The notes under the pieces are model-generated. The model made no database searches and was not told the origin of the DNA. It was given only the letters and a program-made list of their open reading frames with translations. A stretch of 48,374 bases of DNA, the filler included, from Sphacelaria rigidula (Eukaryota), in the NCBI GenBank assembly GCA_964200075.2. It is 2 parts of 2 records of this genome, joined end to end, with 100 filler letters (N's around TTAATTAATTAA, not from the genome) between each part and the next. Parts side by side here need not be neighbours in the genome. Positions count along the whole stretch, not along the records: positions 24,243 to 48,374 come from CAXNAA020000222.1; 1 more part is not named here. One strand, written 5' to 3'. Of this stretch, positions 36,863 to 48,374 are shown piece after piece. Both the position numbers and the translations under genes were made by a program. The first letter of the stretch is position 1, and each line of letters starts with the position of its first letter.

Positions 36863-37903
36863 ATGAAGTGCTGCTTCGTCAGCAAGTTTGGTGATATCGA
36901 CACGGTGCTCGGTATCACCACCGATTGGCCACGGCCAACATTGGATTCTGAGGGTGGGCAGATGCTCCTTCGTGTGAAAGCATGTTCGTTGAATCCCCTC
37001 GACTGCCACATGCTAAACGGCAAACTTGTGTTGCCCCCATCTTTCCCATACATTCCGGGGATGGGTGTATGCGGAGTCGTGGAGGAAATTTCGGATACGG
37101 CAAAATTCCAAGTCGGAGACCGCGTAATCGCTTCGACGGGGATACCGCCCGTGGGCGGCCTCGCTGAGTACATGGTCGTGCCCATAGCAAGCGCGGACCT
37201 TGCCCCGGTGAACGTCGATGCCGTTCGAGCAGCTGCGTTGCCCAACAGTGCCATGGCGGCCATGGTAATATTGCGGCATGCACGAGTATCTGTAGGGGAA
37301 AGGGTAATGATCCTGGGTGGAAGCGGGGGGGTGGGGACAGCCTTAGTGCAGCTGGTAAAGAGTGCCGGAGCTGGGTTTGTTGCGGCGACTTCGACGGATG
37401 ATCACTTGATGAAGTCCTTGGGCGTGGACCAAGTGGTGGACTATCGTATGACCAAGTGGTGTGAATTGTCGGAGTTCAAGAAACGACCATTTGATTTAGT
37501 GGTGGACTGTGTGGGCTGGCGAGACGAGTGGCTCGAGGCCGATCGCCACGGCGTGCTGAAGCCGGGTTGGAAAGGTGGGCGGTTTCTCGCTATTGCCAAC
37601 TCGGAAGAGCCGAAAGTCCAAACGGCGTGCGATGGCGTTCGCACCATTGTGCCAGCGCTTTGGCGGACGGCGTGGACCTCGATGTGTCCATGGAAGCCTC
37701 GCTACGAATTCGCAGCCCCCAAATTGAGAATATCGACCGATGACTGGCCGCAGCTCACGAAGCTCGTGGAGGACAAACGTCTGAAGCCTGTGCTAGACCC
37801 GGCGTCGCCGTTCCCTTTCACGGCCGAGGGTGTGAAGCAGGCATTTGCGCTGCAGGCTAGTAAACATGCTCACGGCAAGGTGGTAATCAAGATATCCCCG
37901 TAA
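36863..37903 (+). CDS. MDR-superfamily NADPH:quinone oxidoreductase-like protein (non-zinc ADH-like, ceQORH/RTN4IP1-type), 346 aa in a single exon
   Basis: LLRVKACSLNPLD, PYIPG, FQVGDRV, GGLAEY, Rossmann ILGGSGGVG, LGVDQVVDY, HAHGKVVI. A branch point and acceptor (actaat..cag|aaaATG) just upstream suggest an additional 5' exon. Confidence 0.95.
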   Translation: MKCCFVSKFGDIDTVLGITTDWPRPTLDSEGGQMLLRVKACSLNPLDCHMLNGKLVLPPSFPYIPGMGVCGVVEEISDTAKFQVGDRVIASTGIPPVGGLAEYMVVPIASADLAPVNVDAVRAAALPNSAMAAMVILRHARVSVGERVMILGGSGGVGTALVQLVKSAGAGFVAATSTDDHLMKSLGVDQVVDYRMTKWCELSEFKKRPFDLVVDCVGWRDEWLEADRHGVLKPGWKGGRFLAIANSEEPKVQTACDGVRTIVPALWRTAWTSMCPWKPRYEFAAPKLRISTDDWPQLTKLVEDKRLKPVLDPASPFPFTAEGVKQAFALQASKHAHGKVVIKISP

Positions 37904-38860
37904 CACCTCGCGGCAGTGCCCTGTGCTTGGTAGGCTCGCAACTCAGCATGGTGACAATAATGTGAAAGGACGTTGGGGACGTGATGTGCAATGATTTTCG
38001 GAGCTAATTTGGTCGTTTATATACGTACAGTATGGAGTTTGTTGTGGGTGGGACATAATCACAAGGTATATTTCATTCTAGATCCAAGGGTCGTTGACTA
38101 CGAGTAATGGATTTTTACCGAGCTTTCACCGGACAGAGGGCGTGGGGTCGTCATTTCGATTAGTGTACGGCGTGTTTCACAAATTATCCTCCGAGGGGCT
38201 GGGATCGCCCCCTGTATAGAAGGTCGTACTTTCCTGACATCCTGACTGCAACTGTATCAAGTATTTCGCACTTACGAGTATTGTGTGCTGTGTGCTGCTG
38301 TTTCATGCCAAGGCGGGTTTCGTACTGGCACCTTTGTGTGATGCGTGGAATGTTGATGTTTTTTACACCGAATACGTGTGCAAGAGTCACCAAACTTTCG
38401 GCATGGTGGACGTTACCGGGTTGTTGATGGTGTGTCGGGTATAGATTGTATTGATTGATGTTCAGTTCTCACTTGTGACTTGAACGGCTTTCTTTTTTCT
38501 TTTTCTTTTCGTGAACGCTTGGGTTGGTTTGGCGTTGACTTTGGCGATACTGTGATGTAGCTGTACTTGAGGTGTCTTTATGGCGCGAAAACCCACGTTG
38601 GCGTTGACTTGCTCTCACACTTTGTGTGGAACGCCTTGTTAACCTCTGGAGCTGTATGACGGAGAAGAGTTACTGCACTGTGTCGTGCAGCGCTTGGGCG
38701 GAAAATCGACGTGGCTGTAGTGCACGGGGAGAGATTGGGTGGAGGTATATTCACCTACAGTAGATGTATATAAGGTGGTTGCATATTTTTGTGCGGAAGG
38801 TGTTATTATGCTACAGTTCGCACGGACTTACGTGCACCAACCACGCACCTTGTACTAGTA

Positions 38861-39460
38861 CGAGCTGGGCCAGCCAAGAGTAGGTGCGAATCTCGCTCAG
38901 GCGACACACGGCGCGATATTCGGAGTTGAACGCTGAAATTTTGACGGCAGCTTTTCATGATCAAAATGCAGAAGATCACGTCGGCAGCAAAGAAAAATAA
39001 ATAAATAAATAAGTTACGGGCATTTAAAATTTCAGCAAAACAAGAGAATGTCGTAAGTCCAAGAAAAAAAGGGGAATCTGCAGCTGCTCAGGTGAAGTAT
39101 CAGTTCCTTGGGTGCAGAAGGTCTACCTGAAATTTCAGCTCAAGAGTCGTCGAATTGGGCCGTGCGTTCAACAGTTTTTGTGACGGTGCTGCACCCCTAT
39201 TAGTCCAGGGATGAGAGACTCAAATTATGGAGATCATGAATTCGAAGCCCGACAGATTATTTTTTGTTTTCGTCCGTCGTTAAGGTCATACATTATGAAG
39301 TGCATTCTTTTTTCCCTTTTTCTTCATTCAGCGACGGTGCCGTGTGTTACCAGGTTGCGGTCTACACTTCACAGTGATATGCTTATATCAGGTTCATTAC
39401 GGATACTAGGGAAACTGTGGTGTGAGCAACTTTTACCCGCTTCAACGCTGGCCCAGTTCG
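38861..39460. mobile_element. 600-bp Tc1/mariner-type MITE, TIR CGA(G/A)CTGGGCCAGC, TA TSD
   Basis: ta|cgagctgggccagc ... gctggcccagttcg|ta. Internal 39130-39400 matches 44270-44560 in reverse complement. Confidence 0.85.
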
Positions 39461-39829
39461 TAACACAGAGAAGAACCCTGGCGATACGCAAAATGGCAAA
39501 AATCGCGAAAAAAACTATAAGTGGCTCTTTTTCTCCGGTTCATCGCTGGCATACGATAGCTACGCCTAGTCCGAAACCACTCGTGTATATTGCAGTCTTC
39601 AATTATTTCAAAACAAGCCAAGCTCGTCACAATCCGGCCGAAAATGTACAGGTTGACGAAATTTGTTCGAAATTTGGCCATGTTTGACCCACTAATTCTC
39701 AGTAATTTCGGCTCAGACTTGTTTTCTAGCGAGCATCAGCACATCAACAGCTTAAAAAACAACAAAAACTGCAGCATCGTGGGCAACTTCGTTGGCGATA
39801 TACGATCTGCCCTCCATAACGGACTTTAC

Positions 39830-40277
39830 TCATTGCCCCGAAGAAGTATAGGTACAGTGGTTCTTGCAAGCAATTTGCGCATCAAACAGTCATGCAGAAG
39901 AGAGGGGTGGTATTCAGAGTTTGCGTGTGTATGCACAGGTGCTTGGCTTTTTTCAACTCTATCCGAAAATAGAACCGTATGGAATTTACCTTTGCTATCA
40001 ACGCTCAGCCTTAGATCATCATTCGAGGTTGGCAACTCTAAAGCCGTTCCTCCTCTGTGCCTTTCCCCTTCGTCATGGTTTTTCTGTACCTCCCCTTGGG
40101 AATCGTGCACGGTGTTCGTGCCAAACATATGCTTGCAATGGTGGCACACCCAACCTTGTTCCTCAGACCAAGCCGCGAGACCGGCGACGAGTGGGGCAGC
40201 GACCGCTTCAGAAGATATATCAGAGCCTTCGCTGGTAGAGGGAACTGCTGAAGATGAGCTTGGAGGGGGCGGCGTCC
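39830..40277 (-). CDS. Possible isolated exon (TPPPPSSSSAVP..WVCHHCKHMFG..LLRGNE)
   Basis: Open frame of ~149 codons after a branch point, C-rich tract and cag. Ends at gtaaag or a TAA. No family recognised. Confidence 0.3.
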
Positions 40278-41559
40278 CTGAGGTTTTTAGGGGGGGGGTG
40301 ATATCAGGGCAAACGATGGTTTCGGTCAGCGCTGTAAGCTCACAGAATCGGTAAAATGCGCTAAAGAAGTATCAACGCGATCAAGGGGCATTGAATCGAC
40401 AAAAACATCATCGGGCACCATGGATGAAAGTGTGGGGGGGAAAGCATTGTTTTGGGCTTGAACCTCATTTCATCGTACAACCTCATTTTATAGAATTGCC
40501 TGTTTCGAAGAAAACGCTACATATAGTACACGTGTGTATTATGGCCATGTGACTGAGTCTTATTTACATCACTTCCTGCAAACAGCAGGGCCGTAACAAA
40601 TTGACGGCTCGCGTTGTACACAAGCGAATGTACAACTCGCACTTAATATCTATTCCAAGCAGGAGAAGGAGTTGGAGTTTGTAATCAGACACCCGGAATC
40701 AAATTACGAACGTCTGGCGTGGATCGAGAGTTCCTGCGTTGGCATGGACATAAATGTTGACTTCTCAATTTTAATGGTACTTCAGATTCACGATAGGACG
40801 CCGCGACCGCTGCATACGACAGAGAACACATACCTTCGTCGCCACAGGAGACGAGAACATGAGAACGGCAGGGTAGATGACACGCTCGATCATAAGCGTT
40901 GGTGTTCAACTCCCCACCCGACCACCTCCCCTGTACATACCCTCGCGGCAGATGTGGAGGATCCTCGGGGCTAACCCATGGAGTGCAACGTCCGAGCGCC
41001 TGCTGAGACACCGCCCGGGGCAGTCCGGGCGAGCAAAGGGGCGACAGAGCGGCGTCGGTGATGGGAGACGCGACGGTAGGCGCCGGTGTTGTTGCTTGCG
41101 GTCTGGGGGGTGCGACCCCACAGTGGAACGCGGCAGCGGGGGGGGAAACCGCAGGAGCAACTTGACGGGCGAGTGTTGTCGGCGGCGGACTCGCGGTTGC
41201 GGCCAGCCAGTGGAATAAACCGGTTGCATGAAGCGGACGGGGGGAAGGTAGACCGGCGATGCCACCGGTGGCAGCAAGGGCGGCATGCGTATGCTGCGAC
41301 GACGGAGGCATGGCAGAGGCGGCCCCGCGGACATATATTGCGGCGGTGACGAACCAGCGATCAAGCGGGGCGGCGCCGGTGCCGACGACGGCGCCGAACA
41401 TTAGCCTACGCACCCACGCAGGGGTTACGGAGATTCCGCGGTCGTACCTTGCTGCATTGACAGGCTGCGAGAAGGGGGAGAAAGCGGATGCAGGAGAATC
41501 ATGCGCGCAAAGTGACGCGCTCCCCGACGCTTCTCCTCGTGCCTCGCAACGTCCCCTGT

Positions 41560-42422
41560 TGTGATGGCGTGATGGCAGCGGACCTGATAGGAGTATCCAC
41601 AGCGCACCTGGATCCGGAAAAGGTGAGGAAGAGACCTTCACAGTCCACTTCATCATAAACTCCGGAAGGTTGTGCGGGAAACCGCTGAAGACGTGGCCCG
41701 TGACTTCCATCGACTCTGATCAGTGGATCATTGTACTTTTTACGATGCCCTCCGGGTGTATTAAGCCGCATGGCTCAGGCGCCGTGCTAGTCACTGTCGA
41801 ACGCATCGTGAATAGTGGCCCCTAGTACATACAGGTAAACGGGGTGTACAGTGTGATCGAGAATCTGAGGGACGGGAGCGAGAGTGCTTGGCCGCCCGAC
41901 GGCCAGTACGACTGGCTAACACCATCAATCAAGGTGGCACTGTTCGTTTTCACCTACCTGCTGGCCGGGTGCGATTTGTTACTTCATGTGTCCGGGATTA
42001 TTTTCCTCGAGATGTGGGATTTTGTTCTGAAGGCCATTTGCACGCCGAACCTCTTGACGAAAGCGATACTGGCGGACAAAGATGGGAGGCTCAGGGTGGA
42101 GATGGATGAGGGCGTGAAGCTGCTGGCCTCCGTTTTCTTTCTCAGGTACGAAAACGCTTCCTCACAAGTTGCCACGGATCCGGGAACTCTGTCCACCACG
42201 TACAGACAGGACTTAGCGTCGTACGTGAACAAGATCCGCCTGTGCATCACCACAGCGCATGGGCACCAGCCTTCCCGCTGCTGCCCAGACTTGACGCCTG
42301 TAAAAAGCACGTCAGTAAGTCCGATGCAGTGTTGGGATACTGGGGGTGAAAAATACTCGGATGTGCATGCAACCCGGAAAGGGCGGCGACAAAACACAGA
42401 TGCCAGAGTTGCAGGTGTTTGA
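41560..42422 (+). pseudogene. Decayed intronless coding-like region of unknown (TE or viral?) origin
   Basis: The 192-aa ORF 41844..42422 continues upstream in frame across one stop (..FTVHFIINSGRLCGKPLKTWPV..NSGP*YIQVNGVYSV..). GC-rich, with a Cys/His cluster near its end. Confidence 0.35.
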
Positions 42423-42514
42423 GCAACTGCACTCTGAGCTGCGGTTGCCAGGGTTGCTGCTTCTGCCCCCACCCCCTTCGCGAGCGGTCGCCGCGAATCC
42501 CGCTGCGGAAACCG

Positions 42515-42985
42515 GCGACGGACACAGCGGTGCATGCGGCCGATCGCGAAACGGGAGAAGTTAATCAACAGCGAAGCATGCAACGGGCGGGTCGGCTGTA
42601 TCACGTCGAATGGGGGGGGGCGTACTCATGTGGAATGGGGGCGGCATCTCGAGCATGCACCGCACCAGGGACATCTGTTGATGCGAGTGATGGTGAGGAG
42701 CCTCGCTGTCGCGGCGCCGGGAGGGAGGTGGGGGGGGAGCGCATTCGGGACCAGATCCAATCAGTGAAAGCGACGGCGTAGATGGCCGTGTACGCGGCCG
42801 ATCCCGCAAGGGGAAAGGCCGGTCAACAGCGACGCATGCAAGAAGCGAGTCGGCCGCATCCCGCGGAAGAAGCGCGGCAAGTGGAGTGAGCAGCGCGCTA
42901 GGGGCACCTGTTGATGTGACCGATGGTGAGGGGCTTTACTGGCACGGCGGCGGGAGGCAGGGGGTAGTGAGGGCGCATCCGGGAG
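42515..42985 (+). repeat. Two diverged tandem copies of a ~250-bp GC-rich unit
   Basis: gcggccgatc..tcaacagcga.gcatgcaa..ctgttgatg.ga..gatggtgagg..gcgcat.cggga occurs at ~42535-42750 and ~42793-42985. Confidence 0.75.
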
Positions 42986-44222
42986 GAGAGACAGTGGATC
43001 AGATGAACCCTTCGGACACAAATCGAACTCTGCAGCTGGGATCTGGAACGGAGATTTGGATTCAGAATGCAGCGGGTCCGATCGGCATCGGAAGCGGGCG
43101 ACGATATTGAGGAAGATTTCACGTTCTGATTTCAGTCTGTGGATAATGTTGCGGTCGTTCTTTCTGTAGATAGATTGCGCAAACGTTTCTGTACAATTCA
43201 AGGTTGTTGGTTTCCAGGCTGTAGTCATTGAACGTGTCTCATGTACATGGCGATGATGGTCCGTGCATGTGCGGTACACCGTGGGGTACAAAAGTGTATG
43301 GGGAGTGATCTGGCTACGCCCGTCGGCGAATCGTCTGTGATGCATGAGGTTATATAGTAATGTCAATCAAGTGAGCGTTTCAACGTAGACGACTGATCTG
43401 AACGACACGATCGTACGCCAGTCAAAATTCCGACTCACCGTGCAGCACTGCCAACGCTCGCGCCTCAACGCTATGGCATTCGTGCAAGGAGAGAACTGAC
43501 GGGAATCATCCGTATCACTGTTGTGTTGAACAGTTGGACGAAAAACATCGGGTGGTGTTCTTCGCCACACTCTCGCCCATATCCCTGATACTCCACCATC
43601 TGCACCGAACCGGAGGGTCGTGTCGCCACCGGTTTTGCGCATCACACATCGCATCGATTTTTGCAACGTTTCATTTAAACCGCTTATTATGGCAAAGCCA
43701 ACATGTTGAACGACTGTTTTTTTCTTGTCCTTCTTCCTTTTGGGAGTATATGGTGGCTGGGCAGATGTTGCCTCCTCGGTATGCCTTGCGTCCATCGTCG
43801 CAAAATCTGTCATGTCACATGAACGTATTCAGGTGCTTGTGTCTTGTTTGTTTTGCCGAAGTCGTATGTCCTTCCAAGAACAATGAACATCAGTCGAGTC
43901 CAGAATGAAGTGGTAGTCAGGTGTAGAAATTCATGACAGTTATCACCTCGTGTCGACTTTTCTTCGACAAAAATGCTAGTCCAGTCGAAAACAAATCTGC
44001 GGCCACCGGAAAATGCGAACGTGACACGGGCTGTTCCCCCGGACTTGACCACTCTGGTAGAAGAGTGTATGTGTAAAAACACATAAAACTGCCACTGCCG
44101 GAAAAAAATGAGTATCCTCGAGGTTTTTCCCCTACGAGCATAGGAAGCTGTTAGAAGCTGTCAATACGCCCCTAGCTCCCTTTTGGACGCAAACTAACAC
44201 AGATGAACAAACAATAGTGCTA

Positions 44223-44560
44223 CGAGCTGGGCCTGCAGTAAATCCCGCATGTGCATGTAACACCATAAGTGATCAAGTTTTCCAGATCAGCCCCACTTGA
44301 GCATATCGGTGGGACCTGCAGACCAACGTGGTAACGCACGGGACCGCCGCTGAATGACAAAAAGACGACGAAACAAATGTACTGCATAATGTATCACTCA
44401 ACAGACGGAACAAAAAAAAAGGAATCCGTCTGGATTCAAACTCGTGACCTCCACAACTGGCGTCAACTGCATCACTTGGGTTATATGAGCGCAGCCGTGC
44501 CACACGAAAAGTTTGATGCTGCGCCAAATTTCTTGAAGTTTTGGCCGCAATTGCACTAGG
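44223..44560. mobile_element. Truncated inverted relative of the 38861 mariner-type MITE
   Basis: ta|cgagctgggcc end at 44221-44233. Internal reverse-complement match to 39130-39400, including the tRNA-like segment. Confidence 0.7.
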
Positions 44561-44769
44561 ATCTCCTCCACTGGACTACGCAACAACTACGGTAGGGATA
44601 TTGTTGTTGTTGTTGTTGCTGCTGTTCTCTTCACATTCAAACCCGTTCCGATATCTGCGCGGTACATTCATACTGGGCATCTGATGCCGACACCTTCCGT
44701 GGTCACAGGCTGGTGAAATCAAGAAGCCAAAATACATCTAGATACAAAGTTACAAACGCGATACAAGCA

Positions 44770-45300
44770 AAACAGGGATACATAATAAAGAAGAAAGAAT
44801 ACATATGACTAACCTTAGAAGATCCGGTGCCGCAGGTGGCCATTCGGACTTCAGGGGGTGGCACCCGGCTTTCTAACTCGACGCGCGATGCCTAGTAGAA
44901 ATGAACATTGGGCCCGACTACGGGTGAGACCCAAGGCCCTAAATACCGCCAACCAAAGAACTAAGAATTGCAAGGTTCCATCTTTCGAGCTCTCGAGGGA
45001 CAGCCATACGTACAAGCATACCAGGTGTATAAAAACAAGCACTGCATGTCATAACGACCCCCCTCATCGGGGGGTTCACCCCCCACCCCCCCCTTCTCTG
45101 GACCATCGTCATTGCTGGGCTACTTGGGCTTCGTTGGTCTCCGGTCTAATCGCACGCAGTCAGCTGGCTTCCTCTTCATTTCTGTGCCATGAGATCATGA
45201 ACCTCTCCGCTCCCTGCAGCACTCCCGCGTGCCACGGCAACCTCCTTTCCTTATTCGCTGCTGGGGCCCATAGGGTGTTAGAAAATGATGCTGTGAAGCC
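44770..45300 (-). mobile_element. 3' end of a LINE (RTE-like) with 3' UTR remnant
   Basis: The minus frame NTLWAPAANK...WHAGVLQGAERFMISWHRNEEE is interpreted as the extreme C-terminus following the RTE motif seen at 45570-45850. Confidence 0.6.
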
Positions 45301-45419
45301 ATGCTCTTCAACGCTTCGTATGGTATTGACTTTACATATATATATGTAATGTTGGGATCGCAGGTACCGGTCGCGAATGTTTGGTCTGATGTGGGGGCGT
45401 ATAATGTGGGATAACAGCT

Positions 45420-45850
45420 GTTATACATAAAGTACTCTTCTCTTTGACCGTGAACCTCGGTGGGTTGTTTGTATTGTCTTGCCCAAAAGTGGCACCTTGA
45501 ACACTATCTTCTGTCTACACTCCGAAACAGCCTGTCGGCTTGCTTGGCTTACCCGCCATTGCGCCAACTCTAGTGACCACGACAAAGGGGTTCCGATTTA
45601 ATCCTCCAACATAGGGCGCGGTCAATTCCGAATGTCTGGTGGTTGTCGTCCGTGGAGCCGTCTATGGCTCCGAAGGCGTGGAGATCGTCTCTCAGGCAAT
45701 TCAGCCAGTTTTTTCCCGGGCGCCCTGGCCCTGGATCCTCCCCCCCCCCGAATTGTGTCCCGAATGCTATTCGCTTCGGTAATCGTCCGTCCGGTTGTCT
45801 AGCCAGGGCTCTAATTATTCGCTGGCACAGCAATGTCTCACTGGACAGTT
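45420..45850 (-). mobile_element. RTE-clade LINE ORF2 C-terminal fragment
   Basis: RQPDGRLPKRIAFG...GPGRPGKNWLNCLRDDL matches the RTE C-terminal signature RM..RLPK...G..GRP...W.D....DL. Confidence 0.85.
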
Positions 45851-47022
45851 AAGCAGAGGCTTGCACTACAGCGGTAAAGCTACTTGCGAGGACCCAGTGT
45901 AGTAAAATCAAGATAGTGTAGTTCGGCGCTTCTGGCCTGAAATATCGGCCTCTTTTGCAAGAGAGAGCTGCGGAAGAAAAACTGGGTTGCTGGGGAGAGT
46001 GAGAAGCGATGGGCGAGCGAGAGCGAGCCTCAATACTTTCCACTCTATGGACAAAACCTAATGCTGTACGTAAACCAAAAAATCTTTTAAACGTACCGTA
46101 TATTACCATGGAAAAGGTACAGTGAAAGGACACATACGTGGTTTACAGTTTCACCGGAACGGTATCAAATAGCACTCAGTCGTGCCGCTTATGCAGTACA
46201 GTAACTTGTAGCGGCGATTTCAATCACACACAAAGAACTTAGACTGTCCTGTCTGAATTTGCAACACTCCCCCGTGATTGACATGTCGCTATCAAAGAAA
46301 AATAGTGTACCTTACATGCTATGTGTAGCAAGCGAATACAATCAGTCGAACTATATAGTACTGACAGTACACAAAGTCAATCGTCGAGATACGCATTCGC
46401 ACTGTTGTACAACTCACGTGTCTATACTGTATAAAAAAACTACTTAATCGCTAGACCAATTAAGAAAAGAAACTAGTCACTGTTACAAATCTCCGCTCAC
46501 ATGCGCATGTATTTGCATGTTCATCAGATTTCCGTGAGCTACAAAAGAAGTGAGCGAACAAAAACAATTGTGCGGTAACATCAAACAGCGAAATGTTTTC
46601 ATCATGTGACGATGTTGCAATCAACGATAATTTACAGATGCCAAATATGTTCCCCGACTCTCTCTCCCTCCCGCACGAAAAAAACATCCTTCCTTAAAAG
46701 AAGAGATACAAAGGACAAAGTAGGCAAGGACGGAAAGAACATCGCAATCCTAGGGGTCGTTGCACGCATTGTTCCTACAGCGTGTTTTCTGGACCTTGTA
46801 TCATAAATGCAGGAGTCTGTACACTGTGGTTTTAGCATGCTCCTCTGGACCTTGAGACTACACTCGAATAAAAACAAAGGCAATCAAAACAAATTCACCC
46901 AACGCAGGTAATTTTGCCGCGCGTTCTATATAATGTACGAGTCTTACAGGCATCCTACACCTACTTGGGTTATTTCACTCAATCACATTTCTTAACAGAA
47001 AAAACGAATAAAATCAAGTCCC

Positions 47023-47543
47023 TCAAGCTCCGGTGACCGCATTTGGGTCTCTGTAGTAAATGATTGGTCGATTAGGACGAGAAATCAACCAGATTCCATG
47101 GAATCTGTCAATCAGCGCGTCGTATATCCTCCTCAGCTCAAGGAAGTCGAATCCCAACGGGCATTCTATATGCCATGCTTTGGCTAAGAAATTAAAGATC
47201 CCAACATCAATAAAGAAAAGCAAGTCATCGTGTAGGTATAGCTGTGGTAAGCTCCTGAAAGTATCAAGGATACTGGGGTACTCTTGGACATCGCTGAACC
47301 CGTTCTTCTTGAGTGTTTCCGCCATCCTTGCACTCTCCTCTGTTTGCTGTCCTGAGATGATGATATCCAGGCAAATAGAAGCTCGGGCTCCCCAGTCGAT
47401 GTAGGTTGTCACGCGTGGTTGATTGTTCAGGCGGGCCCGTGCGTGGGACGTCATCCCGTGGTTTGACCTTTGGTGATGCGCAGTGCGGTGTGACCGCGCG
47501 GGTTCCTGGCCCCGTTGTTGTTGGTGTTGATTCGGTAGCTCAT
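47023..47543 (-). CDS. Intronless orphan ORF pair (30 aa 47543-47451, then 143 aa 47454-47023) or one frameshifted gene
   Basis: Protein-like composition (RVTTYIDWG..ELRRIYDALIDRFHG..). The stop of the first ORF overlaps the ATG of the second (ATGA). No family recognised. Confidence 0.35.
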
Positions 47544-47684
47544 AGTGTCGGTGAGTGGATAGAAGATGCTGAAGGTTGGATTTAAAAAAAATATTGGGGG
47601 TTGATAAGTGATATGATGTGGTGCCCCTAGGATCTTCGACATGTCGCTTGGGTGATGACACTCGAACAAGATTAGAAGGTCGAA

Positions 47685-47782
47685 GATGAGCGTTGGAGAT
47701 GATCGTAGTGGTTGAGCGTTGACGATGATGATCGAAATTGAGCGTTGACAATGATGATCGAAGTTGAGCGTTGACGATGATG
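47685..47782 (+). repeat. Minisatellite, ~26-bp unit ttgagcgttgacgatgatgatcgaa(a/g), ~4 copies
   Basis: Seen directly in the sequence. Confidence 0.9.
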
Positions 47783-48374
47783 CTGAAGAAAAACATCCTG
47801 CCAGGTTAGTATCCGTTATCTCCCAAATTCGGTTATGGCCTTCAGCAGTCTCTGATGTACGATTCTATCACAACTTTTGGTGAGAAGATCCGCTAATTGT
47901 TCCGAAGATCATACATAGTTTGTCCTTATGTCATCAAGAGGGAGTTAGCTAATGCAGTGGCTGAGGCCTATCAGTATGAGTGCCGGGAGATACCATGGTG
48001 TCAGCCTCACCAAGCTCCCACGTGGGCAAACTCACACAGACCTAGCTATCCTCCCTTGACTTATCACATTGTAGATTCATTCATGTTCAGACTCTTGATA
48101 AGGAACTCACGTGTTTGCTTAGCATCATGTTTCATCTACAAGCAGCTCTCTTACTCAGTACAGCCGCAGGACAGCCATGGAAGCAGAGCGTAGTGATGGC
48201 CCGGGGTAGACCACGGCAAGGGCAGCAACTGATCAAGAAGGGGCGCGGCAGCCCAGGGCCGCGGCTAAACAACCCTAACTTATGACAGTAGCAAACGCGA
48301 TAACAACGCGTCACGGAATCCAGGGTCTACGAGCAGACCCGCACAGAGTATATCTTGCAACGCCTCTGAGCTTC

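Noticed and set aside
39590-40354. 254-aa ORF on + strand
   Set aside because: Antisense to a better exon candidate and starts within repeat-like DNA; no recognisable domain.
40685-41710. 341-aa ORF on - strand
   Set aside because: Ala/Pro-rich low-complexity frame in GC-rich DNA, likely an antisense shadow of the decayed + strand coding region.
47685-47782. CRISPR-like repeat
   Set aside because: Units are head-to-tail with no unique spacers, in a eukaryotic context with no cas genes.

Overview
Eukaryotic, intron-rich, repeat-dense genomic DNA (roughly 50% GC). It is most likely a brown alga or related stramenopile; this is inferred from gene structure and repeat types. The window is two contigs joined by an artificial 100-bp linker (N44-TTAATTAATTAA-N44 at 24143-24242). 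Genes I can support: a complete 3-exon 40S ribosomal protein S27 gene (- strand, 13525->9398, 82 aa); six coding exons of a class I HMG-CoA reductase with a plant-like two-TM N-terminus (+, 18700-23329, one GC-AG intron, 3' part cut off at the gap); and an MDR-family NADPH:quinone oxidoreductase-like gene in one long exon (+, 36863-37903). There are also weaker exon candidates, including a CCCH-like gene at 1689-2790. Most of the rest is transposon-derived: a tRNA-derived SINE, RTE-LINE 3' ends, hAT, Harbinger-like and mariner-like MITEs, and foldback elements. Three observations stand out. (1) A heavily decayed Ty3/Gypsy gag-pol has its RT domain split almost exactly by a ~950-bp block carrying RPS27 exons 2-3, so the intact housekeeping exons sit inside the retroelement. 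(2) A decayed alphavirus-supergroup (Martellivirales-like) RdRp fossil lies at ~16560-18350, just upstream of the first confident HMGR exon. (3) A ~5.3-kb near-symmetric array of MITE-like modules, most of them hairpins (28319-33680), has its junctions marked by a shared 15-bp quasi-palindrome, TAAGAC-ACG-GCCTTA, that occurs in both orientations. All motif assignments in decayed regions were made by eye and need profile searches to confirm.
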